From Candidatus Methanomethylicia archaeon (lineage in GTDB: Archaea; Thermoproteota; Methanomethylicia; Culexarchaeales; Culexarchaeaceae): a DNA stretch of 64,000 nt. Location of the stretch: positions 416,001-480,000 of the forward strand of contig JAVYVS010000001.1 of assembly GCA_038727515.1 (NCBI GenBank), in the 5' to 3' direction. A program made the translations under genes and the position numbers. Positions within the stretch are counted from its first letter, which is position 1; each line of letters opens with the position of its first letter. This document shows, piece by piece, positions 40,339 through 51,527 of this stretch. Under the pieces are notes generated by a model that was not told the DNA's origin, did not search any database, and was given only the letters and a program-made list of their open reading frames with translations.

Positions 40339-41688
40339 AATTCGCTCTTTAAATTCCATAATCAATTTCTCCACATTATTTCTCCAATATAAAAATTCAC
40401 TGGGATTATTTGGATATGATTTATAGAGGTTTTTAATCTTATTCATATAATCAACGACAATCTTCAATCTATATAATAGAGATGGTCTAGAAATCATTCT
40501 TAAAGCTCTACCAACCTTATCTAATACACTCAAATTCAATTCACCAGTTCTACCAATAACATCAACGTCAACACCAGAAATAACATTATGTTTAAATGAG
40601 AAATTGAGATCCTCATCCGAAAGTTTTTGCAAGAACATTCTAAAAATGTCTAAGGAAGCTTGTTTTAAACCGTAATCAAAAATATATTTAGAACAAAAAC
40701 TCCATAAAGCTTCCATAGAAGGATTACCTAAAGCTAAAGCATCTAAAACAACTTCAGCAGCATACTTAGCACTTATAAGTGAAGGCCCTATACCACCACC
40801 ATGAATAGGATTACATGCAGCAAGAGCATCTCCAATAGCTATAACACCATTACCCACGGGGCAATATATAGGTCTCCTAGTTGGAACGATACCTCCACCG
40901 GAATCAAGAATTCTAGAACCTTTAAATTCAGGTTTAGAAGCTATGAACTTATAGTAATTTACCCTTGGATTAAGATTTCTATCAATTGGTTGTACACCTA
41001 AACCAACATTTACAATATTCCTCTTCTTTGGGAAAGCCCACCAATATCCTCCTGGAGCAATCCTCTTAGATAGATATATATTTGCATATTTCGTATCAAG
41101 ATCAACATTAACCTCAAGGATTTCACGATAACAAATATTTATATCTTCATTTTTAATGGGTTCATTAATCCACCAATCCATGGGAAGCCTAGACCTAACA
41201 ATAGATGAAAAACCAGATGCATCTATAACCACACTAGAACTCATTGAAACCTTTTCTCCATTATGATTAATCCCTTCAACTCCAATAACAAAATTATCTT
41301 TAACAATTGGATTAGAAACATGGAAAGAATGATATAATTCAACACCAGAATCTAAAGCCATCTTCAAAAGCCTTCTACCAAAAATCTTACGATTAACACC
41401 AAAACCTTCGCCGGGAACAATCAATGAAAATTCTTCATTGGGAGAGAAGATTCTAACACCATTAAAAACACAATCTAATTCTTCACCACTAGGATAACTT
41501 AAACCTAAATGATCAAAATGATGTTTACCAATAGCATCACCACAAACTTTATAACCAATATCATTAAATCCCTTTCTCTCAAGTAATGCCACCTTCAAAC
41601 CCTTCTTAGCCAATAAATGAGAAACATAGCAACCAGCAGTACCAGCTCCTACAACAATAACATCATATTTAAACATAGACAACACCAA
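40333..41688 (-). CDS. Geranylgeranyl reductase family (digeranylgeranylglycerophospholipid reductase)
   Basis: VGAGTAG, KVCGDA, PGGYWWAFPK, IGDA..NPIHGGGI. Confidence 0.9.
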   Translation of the reverse strand: MVLSMFKYDVIVVGAGTAGCYVSHLLAKKGLKVALLERKGFNDIGYKVCGDAIGKHHFDHLGLSYPSGEELDCVFNGVRIFSPNEEFSLIVPGEGFGVNRKIFGRRLLKMALDSGVELYHSFHVSNPIVKDNFVIGVEGINHNGEKVSMSSSVVIDASGFSSIVRSRLPMDWWINEPIKNEDINICYREILEVNVDLDTKYANIYLSKRIAPGGYWWAFPKKRNIVNVGLGVQPIDRNLNPRVNYYKFIASKPEFKGSRILDSGGGIVPTRRPIYCPVGNGVIAIGDALAACNPIHGGGIGPSLISAKYAAEVVLDALALGNPSMEALWSFCSKYIFDYGLKQASLDIFRMFLQKLSDEDLNFSFKHNVISGVDVDVIGRTGELNLSVLDKVGRALRMISRPSLLYRLKIVVDYMNKIKNLYKSYPNNPSEFLYWRNNVEKLIMEFKERIS

Positions 41689-41720
41689 ATAACCCTAAAT
41701 ACAAATTCATAATTCAATTT

Positions 41721-43235
41721 TTAAACTAAACCCTTTAAAAACAATAGTATATTAACGAGATAAGGCTCTAAAACTATTAGTAATATAAGTCTAATAATGT
41801 CAGAGATCATGCCAACTTTAAACATATTCCATAATTTAACATAACCAGAACCATAAACGATAGCCATGGGTGGGGTGGTGCTTGGAAGTGCACTAGAAAT
41901 GGAGGAGGCTAAGGCAGCAGAAATAACAGCAGCCATTGGATTAACACCAACACTCTTAGCTAAAGAAACAGCTAGAGGACATGCTATAAGTGCAGCAGCA
42001 GTATTTGAAGCAGGATAAGTTATTATAAAAGCTAATAATGCACTTAAAGCGGAAATAACCCAAATATTCCCAATCCAATTAGAACTAAAATTGGACATTA
42101 ACAAAGCAACCCACTCAGAAAATCCACTTCCAATTAAAGCTTTACTCATAGATATCCCACCACCGAAAAGGAAGACAACATTCCAATCTATACCAGTTTC
42201 AAAATCATCCCAAGTCAATAAAGGTCTATCATCAACTTTAATGAAGCAAAGGAGGAAAATGGCGAGAACAGCTGGAAAAGCTTCTGGAATCAGATTTTTA
42301 AAAGATTCAGCAATAAAACTTAATTGTGGATAAATATTTGATAAAATTATAAATATCCCGGGAAAAAGCCATAAAGATATCGTTATGAAAAACACCATTA
42401 AAACAAGTTTCTCACCACGAGACATAGGTTCAAGAGATTTAACTCTTTCCTCTATTAATTTATAATCGAATTTCACTTCCACAGAGGAAACACCAATCAA
42501 TTTAAAAGCTAAAATCCAACTAACAATTAAACCAATGATGGCATGAATACCACCTACAATAAACCAATCTAGAAATGTTAGAGTAACTCCAGGTATACTA
42601 TTCTCAATAACTCTCTTAGCAATAAGATTTGGAGGTGTACTAATTAAGAATAACATAGCACCTGCAGTAGAAGCTTGAGCAAGAGATAACATTGTAGCTT
42701 CAGCAAAAGAACTTCCTATAACAAATCCCATGGATGAAAGATAAGCCACAACTATCGGATAAACAATAGTTGTAGAAGCAGTAATAGATCCAGTAACAGT
42801 TAATAAGAAGGCTGGTAAACAAGCAATGAAAAATGCGGAGAAAATAGGATTTTCACCCTTATAAATCGTAGACGCTTTAAAAGCAATCCTCCTATCTAAA
42901 CCCCAAACTTGAAAAGCTCTAGCCAAAGCAAAACCACCCATAAAAACCCAAATAATACTATCCATAAAGGATGTGAGAGAATCCTGCCAAGAAACAAACC
43001 CTAGTAGTGAAAAGATTAATGGAGAGAGAAGAGAAGCAACACCCAGTGGAACAACTTCAAAAATCCACCAAGAAGCAATCCAAATCATACCGCCAAGAGC
43101 AATCTGAGGAGCTTTAAGCATAGACGCACCAACAATTAAACTAGCATCATAAACCATAGGTAAAGGGGGAACTAGAAATAAGAGTAAGAAAACCACAGGC
43201 CCAAATAAAAATTTAAATAAATCCCTAAACCTCAA
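41721..43235 (-). CDS. DASS/SLC13 family anion symporter
   Basis: STPPN, DWNVVFLFGGG, SNTA, TTPPMAIVYGSG. Confidence 0.88.
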   Translation of the reverse strand: MRFRDLFKFLFGPVVFLLLFLVPPLPMVYDASLIVGASMLKAPQIALGGMIWIASWWIFEVVPLGVASLLSPLIFSLLGFVSWQDSLTSFMDSIIWVFMGGFALARAFQVWGLDRRIAFKASTIYKGENPIFSAFFIACLPAFLLTVTGSITASTTIVYPIVVAYLSSMGFVIGSSFAEATMLSLAQASTAGAMLFLISTPPNLIAKRVIENSIPGVTLTFLDWFIVGGIHAIIGLIVSWILAFKLIGVSSVEVKFDYKLIEERVKSLEPMSRGEKLVLMVFFITISLWLFPGIFIILSNIYPQLSFIAESFKNLIPEAFPAVLAIFLLCFIKVDDRPLLTWDDFETGIDWNVVFLFGGGISMSKALIGSGFSEWVALLMSNFSSNWIGNIWVISALSALLAFIITYPASNTAAALIACPLAVSLAKSVGVNPMAAVISAALASSISSALPSTTPPMAIVYGSGYVKLWNMFKVGMISDIIRLILLIVLEPYLVNILLFLKGLV

Positions 43236-43504
43236 ATATGATCCCCAAAATCCAAAGTAAAATCGTGAATAAATAATTTCCCATTATAAAAAGTTGCAAG
43301 TAAAATGTTGATAATATAAAAATGATTACTCAAAGTGGATAAATAAGTTGAAAAATATTTTACAAATATAAAATAATATTATGATATATGACAAAATAAA
43401 AACGTAAACCCCAAAGGCATAATAGACCTCTATCCACTTTTGGTAAAGCTTATTTACTTTATGATGCATAAAGTATATAATAATTACATTAAGGTGGGAA
43501 AAAG

Positions 43505-44947
43505 GTGGAGGAGGTTATTAATAAAGCTTTAGAAACAGCATTAGCAAATGGAGCTACATATGCTGATGTAAGAATTGTAGAAATAATCACTGAAAACATA
43601 GTTACAAGAAATGCAAAAATAAGAAATCTAGTTTTAGGGAGAAGTAAGGGTATAGGTGTTAGAGCTTTAGTAAAAGGTGCTTGGGGATTCCATAGCACCT
43701 ATGAAGTAACACCTACAGAAGCTGAAAAAGTTGCAAAGGAAGCTGTAAAAATAGCCAGAGCAAGTGCCATGGTAAAGAAGAAGGATGTAAAACTTGCACC
43801 AGTAAAACCAGTAAAAGATAGTTACAAAACTCCATATATTAAAGATCCATTTCAAGTACCATTGGAGGAAAAGATAAAACTATTGATTGAAAGTGATAAA
43901 AGAGCTATGGCTGTAGGCGGAGAAATAAAGGTTGCATCTTCAACAATGCAAGCTCGAAGAGAGAAAAAGATTTTTGCAAGTAGTGAAGGTGCATATATAA
44001 CACAAGAAATAACATGGTGTGGAGCATCTCAAACAGCTGTAGCAATAGGCTATGGAGATATGCAAGATAGATCTTTTGATGGAAGAAATTATAATACTGG
44101 AGGATATGAAATAATAGAAGCAGTAAATCTACCGGAAAAAGCTGAAGAAAGTGGTAAAGAAGCAATTCAATTGTTAAAGGCAAGGAATTGCCCACAAATG
44201 GTAACAAATGTGATAATTGGTGGAAGTCAATTAGCATTACAAATACATGAATCATGTGGGCATCCCACAGAACTTGATAGAGCTTTAGGAGCAGAAGCAG
44301 CATATGCTGGAACAAGCTTCCTAACCCCAGATAAACTGGGTAAATTTAGATATGGAAGTGAAATAGTAAATCTAGTTGCAGATGCAACAGCTCCAGGAGG
44401 TCTTGGAACCTTTGGATATGATGATGAAGGAGTACCAGCACAAAGAGTTTACTTAGTGAGGGAGGGTATATTTGTAAACTATTTAAGTGATAGAACTTCA
44501 GCTGGAGAATTAGGTTTAGAAAGTACTGGAGCTGCAAGAGCATCTGGATGGAATAGGATACCAATAGTTAGAATGACAAATATAAATCTTGAACCAGGAG
44601 ATTGGGATTTTGAAGAATTAATAAGAGAAACTAAACAAGGAATATACATGGAGACAAATAGAAGCTGGAGCATAGATGATAAGAGGCTGAATTTCCAATT
44701 TGGAACACAAATAGCATATTTGATAGAGAATGGAGAAATGAAGGAATTAGTTAAAAACGCTGTTTACACTGGAATAACATATGAATTCTGGAGGAATTGT
44801 GATGCCATATGCAATTCCAAATATTGGAGAATGTATGGAACTCCAAATTGTGGTAAAGGTCAACCTGGACAAATGATGTATGTGGGGCATGGAACAGCTC
44901 CAGCAAGATTTAAGAATATAAGGGTATTTGGAGGTGTGAGAAGATGA
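43505..44947 (+). CDS. tldD: TldD family metalloprotease
   Basis: HESCGH zinc motif, YDDEGV, RMTN, CGKGQP. Confidence 0.93.
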   Translation: MEEVINKALETALANGATYADVRIVEIITENIVTRNAKIRNLVLGRSKGIGVRALVKGAWGFHSTYEVTPTEAEKVAKEAVKIARASAMVKKKDVKLAPVKPVKDSYKTPYIKDPFQVPLEEKIKLLIESDKRAMAVGGEIKVASSTMQARREKKIFASSEGAYITQEITWCGASQTAVAIGYGDMQDRSFDGRNYNTGGYEIIEAVNLPEKAEESGKEAIQLLKARNCPQMVTNVIIGGSQLALQIHESCGHPTELDRALGAEAAYAGTSFLTPDKLGKFRYGSEIVNLVADATAPGGLGTFGYDDEGVPAQRVYLVREGIFVNYLSDRTSAGELGLESTGAARASGWNRIPIVRMTNINLEPGDWDFEELIRETKQGIYMETNRSWSIDDKRLNFQFGTQIAYLIENGEMKELVKNAVYTGITYEFWRNCDAICNSKYWRMYGTPNCGKGQPGQMMYVGHGTAPARFKNIRVFGGVRR

Positions 44948-46302
44948 TTCTAGGTAAAGAAACATGTTTAGAAATAGCTAACAAAATTGTTAAGGGAGCA
45001 TTAAATGCTGGGGCTACACAAGTTGAAGTAGCAATTATGAATAATAGAAGCTATCTAACAAGATTTGCTAATTCAGTTATACATCAAAATGTTGGTGAAA
45101 GAACGATAAATGTAATGTTGAGAACAGTTTTAGGTAAAAAGATTAGTAGCGTTATGGCTAATGATATAAGTGAAGAAACAATTCAAAATCTTATTCAAAC
45201 AGGCTTAAAATTAGCAAAAATAGCGGAAGAAAACCCCGATTTTGTAAGTCTACCAGAACCTGAACCCATACCTAGAATAACTGGATTATACGTTAGAGAT
45301 ACAGCTGAATGTACAGCTAAAAGAAGAGCTGAAATGGTTAAGGAAATTATAGATTCAGCACACTCAATATCGAAAAATGTGGATTCAGTCTCTGGAGCAT
45401 TAACAACATCAACTAGTGAATACTGTATTGTAAACTCTTTAGGAATAAATGCATATACAAAGTTGACAGCTGCAGATGTAAATGTAACAGTAATAGCTAA
45501 AGATGGAGATTCAGAGGGATTTGGATATAGTGAGGGTATTTCAAGAAATGTAAAAACTCTAGATCCAAAAGCTCTTGGTATTGAAGCAGCTGAAAGAGCT
45601 GTAAAAAGTTTACATCCAGTTTTAATAGAGCCAGGAGAATATGAAGTAATATTAGAGCCATATGCTGTACAAACAGCATTAGCATATACAGCACAGGGAT
45701 TTAGTGCTGAAGCATATCAAAATGGTATGAGTTTCATGAATGACGTTATGGGTAAAAAAGTTATGAGTGAAAACTTCAATTTATGGGATGATGGAACAGA
45801 TAAAACTGGAATGGCCGTACCATTTGATGCAGAAGGAGTACCAAAGAAAAAGGTGGTTCTAATAGAGAATGGTGTACCAAAGGGGCTAGTATACGATAGT
45901 TTCACAGCACATAAAGAAGGAAAGAAGTCAACTGGTCATTCAGGTAGATTTGCACCCATGCCTTCACACATCTTCATAAAACCTGGAGATGCAACAAAAG
46001 ATGAAATGATAAGAGAAACAAGGAGGGGAATATTAGTTACATACTTCCACTACGTTAGAACAGTACATGCAAAAACAATAACAATAACTGGAATGACTAG
46101 AAATGGAACATGGTATATTGAAAATGGAGAAATAAAGTATCCAGTAAAGAACCTAAGATTTACAGATAGTTTATTAAAGGCTTATGGAACAATAGATATG
46201 ATAGGCAAGGAATTAAAGGTTCTTGGAGGAATAAGTAATAGTGTAGTAGTTCCACCATTAAAGATAGGCAAATTCCTATTTACTGGGGTAACAGAATTCT
46301 AA
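44944..46302 (+). CDS. pmbA: TldE/PmbA family protein
   Basis: TRFANSVIHQN, PFDAEG, TGMTRNG, lacks HExxH; overlaps tldD. Confidence 0.9.
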   Translation: MILGKETCLEIANKIVKGALNAGATQVEVAIMNNRSYLTRFANSVIHQNVGERTINVMLRTVLGKKISSVMANDISEETIQNLIQTGLKLAKIAEENPDFVSLPEPEPIPRITGLYVRDTAECTAKRRAEMVKEIIDSAHSISKNVDSVSGALTTSTSEYCIVNSLGINAYTKLTAADVNVTVIAKDGDSEGFGYSEGISRNVKTLDPKALGIEAAERAVKSLHPVLIEPGEYEVILEPYAVQTALAYTAQGFSAEAYQNGMSFMNDVMGKKVMSENFNLWDDGTDKTGMAVPFDAEGVPKKKVVLIENGVPKGLVYDSFTAHKEGKKSTGHSGRFAPMPSHIFIKPGDATKDEMIRETRRGILVTYFHYVRTVHAKTITITGMTRNGTWYIENGEIKYPVKNLRFTDSLLKAYGTIDMIGKELKVLGGISNSVVVPPLKIGKFLFTGVTEF

Positions 46303-46447
46303 ATTAAATTAAAAATAATTTTCCCCTTTTTTCCCTCTCCCATATGTTTAGAGTAAATCCATATTGTATATAGTAAGTGATATATTGTACATGAATTAAA
46401 TAATTTTCAACTTTGTAATTATGGAGTACTTTGGGTAAGGTGTCTCG

Positions 46448-47635
46448 ATGACCTTAAAAAGCAATGCAGAAAGTAGAAAGCTAATGTTGTATAGTTTGTT
46501 CGGTAGGGGAATAATGAGTATAGGAATGAATTATAGTGGTATTTATGCAGCGGAAATTATAGGTTTAGGTGCTGGAGAATTTGGAATTTCAAGTGCACTA
46601 TCAACAATAGCAACACAATTGACACAACCATTATGGGGTTACATAAGTGATTTAAAGGGTGTTAGAAAGTATTTTATTGCATTAGGTGAAATTATATTTG
46701 GAATTACAACTGCCCTAGTTTTCACATTAAAAACATTTCAACAATACATGTTATCATCAATAATAATATGGGTATTCTGGAGTGGTGCCTTCGTATGTTG
46801 GCAGGCATTAATGGGGGATTTAACAACAAAAGATCATAGAGGTAGAACTATTGGAATAATTGAATTTGCTGGTATAGGAGGAGCATTAATTGCAAATATT
46901 ATAGTTGGACCATTGATAGATGTACATGGCTATGGTATAGCCACTATAACAACAATAATATTTACACTACTAGCAGTAATACCAGTACTAATAATACATG
47001 AAGAAGGGGATATATTAGATGAAAATAAAGTTAAATATAGATTCTCATGGAAAATAGATGCAACAAATGAGTATAAGAAATACTTGATTTTAAGCACTTT
47101 ATGGTGGGGTGTAATGTCTATTTCATGGCCAATATTCTCATTAACACAAGTTAAAATATTTTGTTTAACAAAAACAGAAGTAGCAATACTATCTATAACT
47201 GGGAGTATAGGGCAGATGATTATGATGCCATTATGGGGGAATATAGCAGATAAATTTGGAAGGAGAAACTTATTGGTTATATCATGCATGTTAACATCCA
47301 TATGGCCATTAGCATATGCTATAAGTCAAAACTACATACAATTATTAGTATTAAATACCATTGGAAGTGCACTTGGATCTTCAATAAACATTATTCCAGG
47401 AATATATCTATTGGATACAATACCATTAAAAGAGAATAGAGCTACTCTTGTATCAATATATAACACGATTACAGGAGGAGCTCAAGCCATTGGACAGTAT
47501 ATTGGAGGAGAAATAGCATCCAACAATGGTTTAAGGGAGACTATGATGTTAAGTGCAATATTGAGAATTATGTTTGCAATACCAATGTTTACTTTACCAG
47601 AAACATTAACTAAAAGTTCAAAGAAAGTTGAGTAA
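46448..47635 (+). CDS. MFS transporter
   Basis: WGYISDLKGVRK and WGNIADKFGRR motif A repeats. Confidence 0.88.
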   Translation: MTLKSNAESRKLMLYSLFGRGIMSIGMNYSGIYAAEIIGLGAGEFGISSALSTIATQLTQPLWGYISDLKGVRKYFIALGEIIFGITTALVFTLKTFQQYMLSSIIIWVFWSGAFVCWQALMGDLTTKDHRGRTIGIIEFAGIGGALIANIIVGPLIDVHGYGIATITTIIFTLLAVIPVLIIHEEGDILDENKVKYRFSWKIDATNEYKKYLILSTLWWGVMSISWPIFSLTQVKIFCLTKTEVAILSITGSIGQMIMMPLWGNIADKFGRRNLLVISCMLTSIWPLAYAISQNYIQLLVLNTIGSALGSSINIIPGIYLLDTIPLKENRATLVSIYNTITGGAQAIGQYIGGEIASNNGLRETMMLSAILRIMFAIPMFTLPETLTKSSKKVE

Positions 47636-48343
47636 TCAACTAATTTTTAAGATAATATCCAAAACATTTTCTAAACTATTAGTTTTAAAGGGATAGTTAA
47701 TGGATGAATCATTGGTAAACCATATGGCTTTCATACCTAAATTCAATGCTCCAATAATATCAGTATTATAATCATCTCCAACCATAATGGATTTTGAAGG
47801 ATCTGAAGATAAGGAATTCAATGCACATTTAAATATTTCAGGTCTAGGCTTCCTAAAACCAACTATACATGAAAGAGTTAATGAATCTAGGAAATCATAT
47901 AAATCATAAATCTTTAAAACTTCAATAACCTCAAGATCAATATAAACATTTGATATTAATCCAATTTTAAATCCATAACTCTTAAGATCCTCAAGAAATT
48001 TATTTGCACCTTTAATTGGAGAAGTTAAATTAAAAAGTGGAAGCATATATGCAGTTCTAAGCCTATCCATAAATTCAGGTTCACGATTAAAGATATTCAA
48101 TAAAGATAGAAAGATTCTAAGTTCAAGATTTAATGGTATTTCAATGAAGAATGATTCTCTAATATTATCACAAATCCTCCTAGAAGAAGTATGAGCCAAT
48201 AAAGTCTTATCCATATCAAAAGAATACCCAAAATCACGAAGTACATCATTTAAACATTTAGCTCTAAATCTAAAATACTCTTGTTCATCAACTATTGGAG
48301 CTATAAGAGTCTTCCAAAAGTCAACAAACACAACTTTAAACAT
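47636..48343 (-). CDS. HAD-family hydrolase
   Basis: DFWKTL, ISN, KP, MVGDDYNTDI. Confidence 0.85.
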   Translation of the reverse strand: MFKVVFVDFWKTLIAPIVDEQEYFRFRAKCLNDVLRDFGYSFDMDKTLLAHTSSRRICDNIRESFFIEIPLNLELRIFLSLLNIFNREPEFMDRLRTAYMLPLFNLTSPIKGANKFLEDLKSYGFKIGLISNVYIDLEVIEVLKIYDLYDFLDSLTLSCIVGFRKPRPEIFKCALNSLSSDPSKSIMVGDDYNTDIIGALNLGMKAIWFTNDSSINYPFKTNSLENVLDIILKIS

Positions 48344-48426
48344 AAAACAACATAAACAAACTAAAATAAAAAGATAATGTGAATCATTTATAAATTCAGA
48401 GTAGAATATAGTAGTATTAGGGGAGA

Positions 48427-50835
48427 ATGGAGTTAAAACCAGTAGAAAAATTAAGGAGAGAATTACGTGGAGAAGAATTAAAGGTGAATTTAACCTTTGA
48501 AAAGATAAAATGTGAATCTACAGAAGAAGCTAAACCATTAGAAGGAATAATAGGTCAAGAAAAAGCTGTAAAAGCAATAAGATTTGGTTTAGAAATGAAG
48601 GAAAAGGGATTCAACATATATTTATCTGGTAAACCTGGAACTGGGAGAACAACAGCAATAAAAGAATTCCTACAAGAAATCGCAAAAGGAAAACCAACAC
48701 CAAATGATTGGTGCTACGTATATAACTTTAAAGATCCATACAGACCAATAAGTATAAGATTACCGCCAGGTAAAGGTATAGAATTTAAAAGAGATGTGGA
48801 AAATCTAATAGAATATGCAAAGATAAATATTCCAAGAGCATTCCAAAGTGAAGAATATACAAGTAAGAGGGAGGCAATAATTAGGAGGGTTGAAGAAAAA
48901 CAGCGAAAAATATTGGAGGAACTGGATTTAAAAGCTAGGAGAGAAGGATTTATTATAAGAAGTAGTCCAGCAGGGATAATTTTAACTCCAATAATTGATG
49001 GAAAGCCTTTAAGTGATGAAACATTAATGAAAATGAAAGAAGAAGAAAGGAGAAGGATATTAGAGAAACAATCAAAAATATTAGAAGAATTTAGAGAGAC
49101 AATTAAGCAAGTTAGAATGTTAGAGTTTAAAGTTAATGAAGAATTAAAGGAATTAGATAAAGAGGTAGCGGCATACTCCATTGAACATGTTTATATGGTT
49201 TTAAAGGAGAAGTATAAGGGTAATGAAGATGTAGAATCCTATTTAAATGAACTACATAATGACATCATAAAAAATTATACGAGGTTTTTAGGGAAAAAGA
49301 TGGAGAAAGAAGAGGAGGAATACGAGGAATATACATTCTTAAGAAGATATGAAGTAAACGTTATCGTAGATAATTCTAATTTAAATGGTGCACCAGTAGT
49401 TGTTGAATACAATCCAACATATGTTAATTTAATTGGTAAAATAGAGAAGGAAACTAGATATGGATTACTATATACTGATCATACAATGATACGTGCAGGT
49501 GCACTACATAAAGCTAATGGTGGATATCTAGTGATTCAAGTGGAAGATGTTTTGAGAAATCCATTTGCATGGGATGGATTAAAACTTGCATTAAGATATG
49601 GGTATATATCAATTGAAGAACCATCTGAAGTTTCAGGATTAACGACGGTAAAGGGTTTAAGACCAACTCCAATACCATTGGATATAAAGGTGATATTAAT
49701 AGGAACACCGTTAATATACGAATTATTAATGCTATATGATCCAGATTTCAAAGAACTATTTAAAGTAAAAGCTGAATTTGATACTGTAATGGAATTAAAT
49801 GATGAAAACATTGAGAAATATATTTCCTTCATATGTACATTATGTAAAAAGGAGAATCTAAAACACTTAGATGCAAAAGCAGTTAAAAGGTTAATTGAAT
49901 ATAGTTCAAGGCTTGCTGGAAGTCAGGATAAGATATCTACAATATTCTCAGAAATCTCTGATATAATTAGGGAAGCAAGCTTTTATGCAAAAATGGAAAA
50001 CTCAAAATTCATAATGGAATCACATATTAAAAGAGCATTAGAAGAAAAGGTTTATAGAACAAATTTAATAGAAGAGAAAATACTGGAACTTATAAAACGT
50101 GGAATAATACTTATAGATGTCCATGGTAAAGCCATTGGACAAGTAAATGGACTTTCAATAATACAAATAGGAGAACTCACCTTTGGAAAACCAGTAAGGA
50201 TAACAGCCACAGTAGGATTGGGGAGAGAGGGTATAATAAATATTGAGAGAGAAGCTGAATTAAGTGGGCCAATACATACAAAGGGTGTAATGATAATAAG
50301 TGGATATTTAACGGAGAAATATGCATATGATAAACCATTAACTCTCTCAGCAAGATTGGTATTTGAACAAAGTTATGAAGGGGTTGAAGGTGATAGTGCA
50401 TCAAGTGCAGAGCTATATGCATTGCTATCAGCATTATCAGGAATTCCAATAAAACAATCTATCGCAGTAACGGGATCAGTAAATCAAAAGGGTGAAATTC
50501 AAGCCGTTGGAGGAATAAATGAAAAGATTGAAGGATTCTACAAGGTATGTAAAATAAAGGGATTAAATGGAGAACAAGGAGTAATAATACCTGAAAGCAA
50601 TATTAAAGATTTAAATCTCCATGATGAAGTTATAGAAGCTGTAGAAAAGGGGTTATTCCATATATATCCAATAAAAACCATAGATGAAGGAATAGAAATA
50701 TTAACTGGAATTAAAGCTGGAGAAAGAAAGCCAGATGGAGGATTTGAAGAAGGTACAATAAACTACCTTGTAGATAAGAAATTGAGGGAATTTGCAGAGA
50801 AAACAAAAGAATTTTATAGAGAAGTAATCAGATAG
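48427..50835 (+). CDS. LonC-type (AAA_32 + Lon_C) protease
   Basis: GKPGTGRTT, DWCYVYNF, GALHKANGG, EGDSASSAE Ser and INEKIEG Lys dyad; no TM insert. Confidence 0.9.
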   Translation: MELKPVEKLRRELRGEELKVNLTFEKIKCESTEEAKPLEGIIGQEKAVKAIRFGLEMKEKGFNIYLSGKPGTGRTTAIKEFLQEIAKGKPTPNDWCYVYNFKDPYRPISIRLPPGKGIEFKRDVENLIEYAKINIPRAFQSEEYTSKREAIIRRVEEKQRKILEELDLKARREGFIIRSSPAGIILTPIIDGKPLSDETLMKMKEEERRRILEKQSKILEEFRETIKQVRMLEFKVNEELKELDKEVAAYSIEHVYMVLKEKYKGNEDVESYLNELHNDIIKNYTRFLGKKMEKEEEEYEEYTFLRRYEVNVIVDNSNLNGAPVVVEYNPTYVNLIGKIEKETRYGLLYTDHTMIRAGALHKANGGYLVIQVEDVLRNPFAWDGLKLALRYGYISIEEPSEVSGLTTVKGLRPTPIPLDIKVILIGTPLIYELLMLYDPDFKELFKVKAEFDTVMELNDENIEKYISFICTLCKKENLKHLDAKAVKRLIEYSSRLAGSQDKISTIFSEISDIIREASFYAKMENSKFIMESHIKRALEEKVYRTNLIEEKILELIKRGIILIDVHGKAIGQVNGLSIIQIGELTFGKPVRITATVGLGREGIINIEREAELSGPIHTKGVMIISGYLTEKYAYDKPLTLSARLVFEQSYEGVEGDSASSAELYALLSALSGIPIKQSIAVTGSVNQKGEIQAVGGINEKIEGFYKVCKIKGLNGEQGVIIPESNIKDLNLHDEVIEAVEKGLFHIYPIKTIDEGIEILTGIKAGERKPDGGFEEGTINYLVDKKLREFAEKTKEFYREVIR

Positions 50836-50862
50836 GTTTCTAATAAATTTAAGTTGGAAAAT

Positions 50863-51462
50863 TTATTTTAAATCAATCTTTAATTTGAATGAGACAATAG
50901 CTTTAATATCATTGAAGACCTCCTCAATACTTCTCTCACCATCTACAATAAACCAGCCAAATTTTTTAGCAAGAAATTTATATCCCTCTCTAACCCTACT
51001 TAGAAAATTTAGATCTGCTTCATATCTATCAACATTACCACGAGACCTCTTAATAGAGGTTTCAGGCGAGATATCAATTACTATAACTAGATTAGGCTCT
51101 GGAAGACCTTTCTCAATGCATATCATCCAATCCAATGGTAGATTGTTGGCATAACCATAAGCTAAACCTGATGGTATATATCTATCAGCTATAACAATCT
51201 TACCCTTCCTTAACCAATCTTCTATTAAATCCTTTCTCTCCCATCTATTTGCAGCATACAATAATTGTCTAACCTCAGGAGTAAAGTATTTCCCACGATT
51301 AAGGAAGGATTTAATTTCCCTACCAATATCAGTTGTATAATCTGGGAAAGATATTATTTCAACATTAAATCCTCTACTCATTAACCAACTTCTTAACATT
51401 AATGCTTGTGTAGCTTTACCAGATTTATCTATACCCTCCAAAGCTATTAGCAAGTAAAACAC
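50863..51462 (-). CDS. tmk: Thymidylate kinase
   Basis: EGIDKSGKAT, LLYAANR, DRY. Confidence 0.93.
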   Translation of the reverse strand: MFYLLIALEGIDKSGKATQALMLRSWLMSRGFNVEIISFPDYTTDIGREIKSFLNRGKYFTPEVRQLLYAANRWERKDLIEDWLRKGKIVIADRYIPSGLAYGYANNLPLDWMICIEKGLPEPNLVIVIDISPETSIKRSRGNVDRYEADLNFLSRVREGYKFLAKKFGWFIVDGERSIEEVFNDIKAIVSFKLKIDLK

Positions 51463-51527
51463 CTTATATTATCAACGCTTCAAATATATATTACAAATTA
51501 TTTAAAATATTTGGAGAAGAATGAGAC

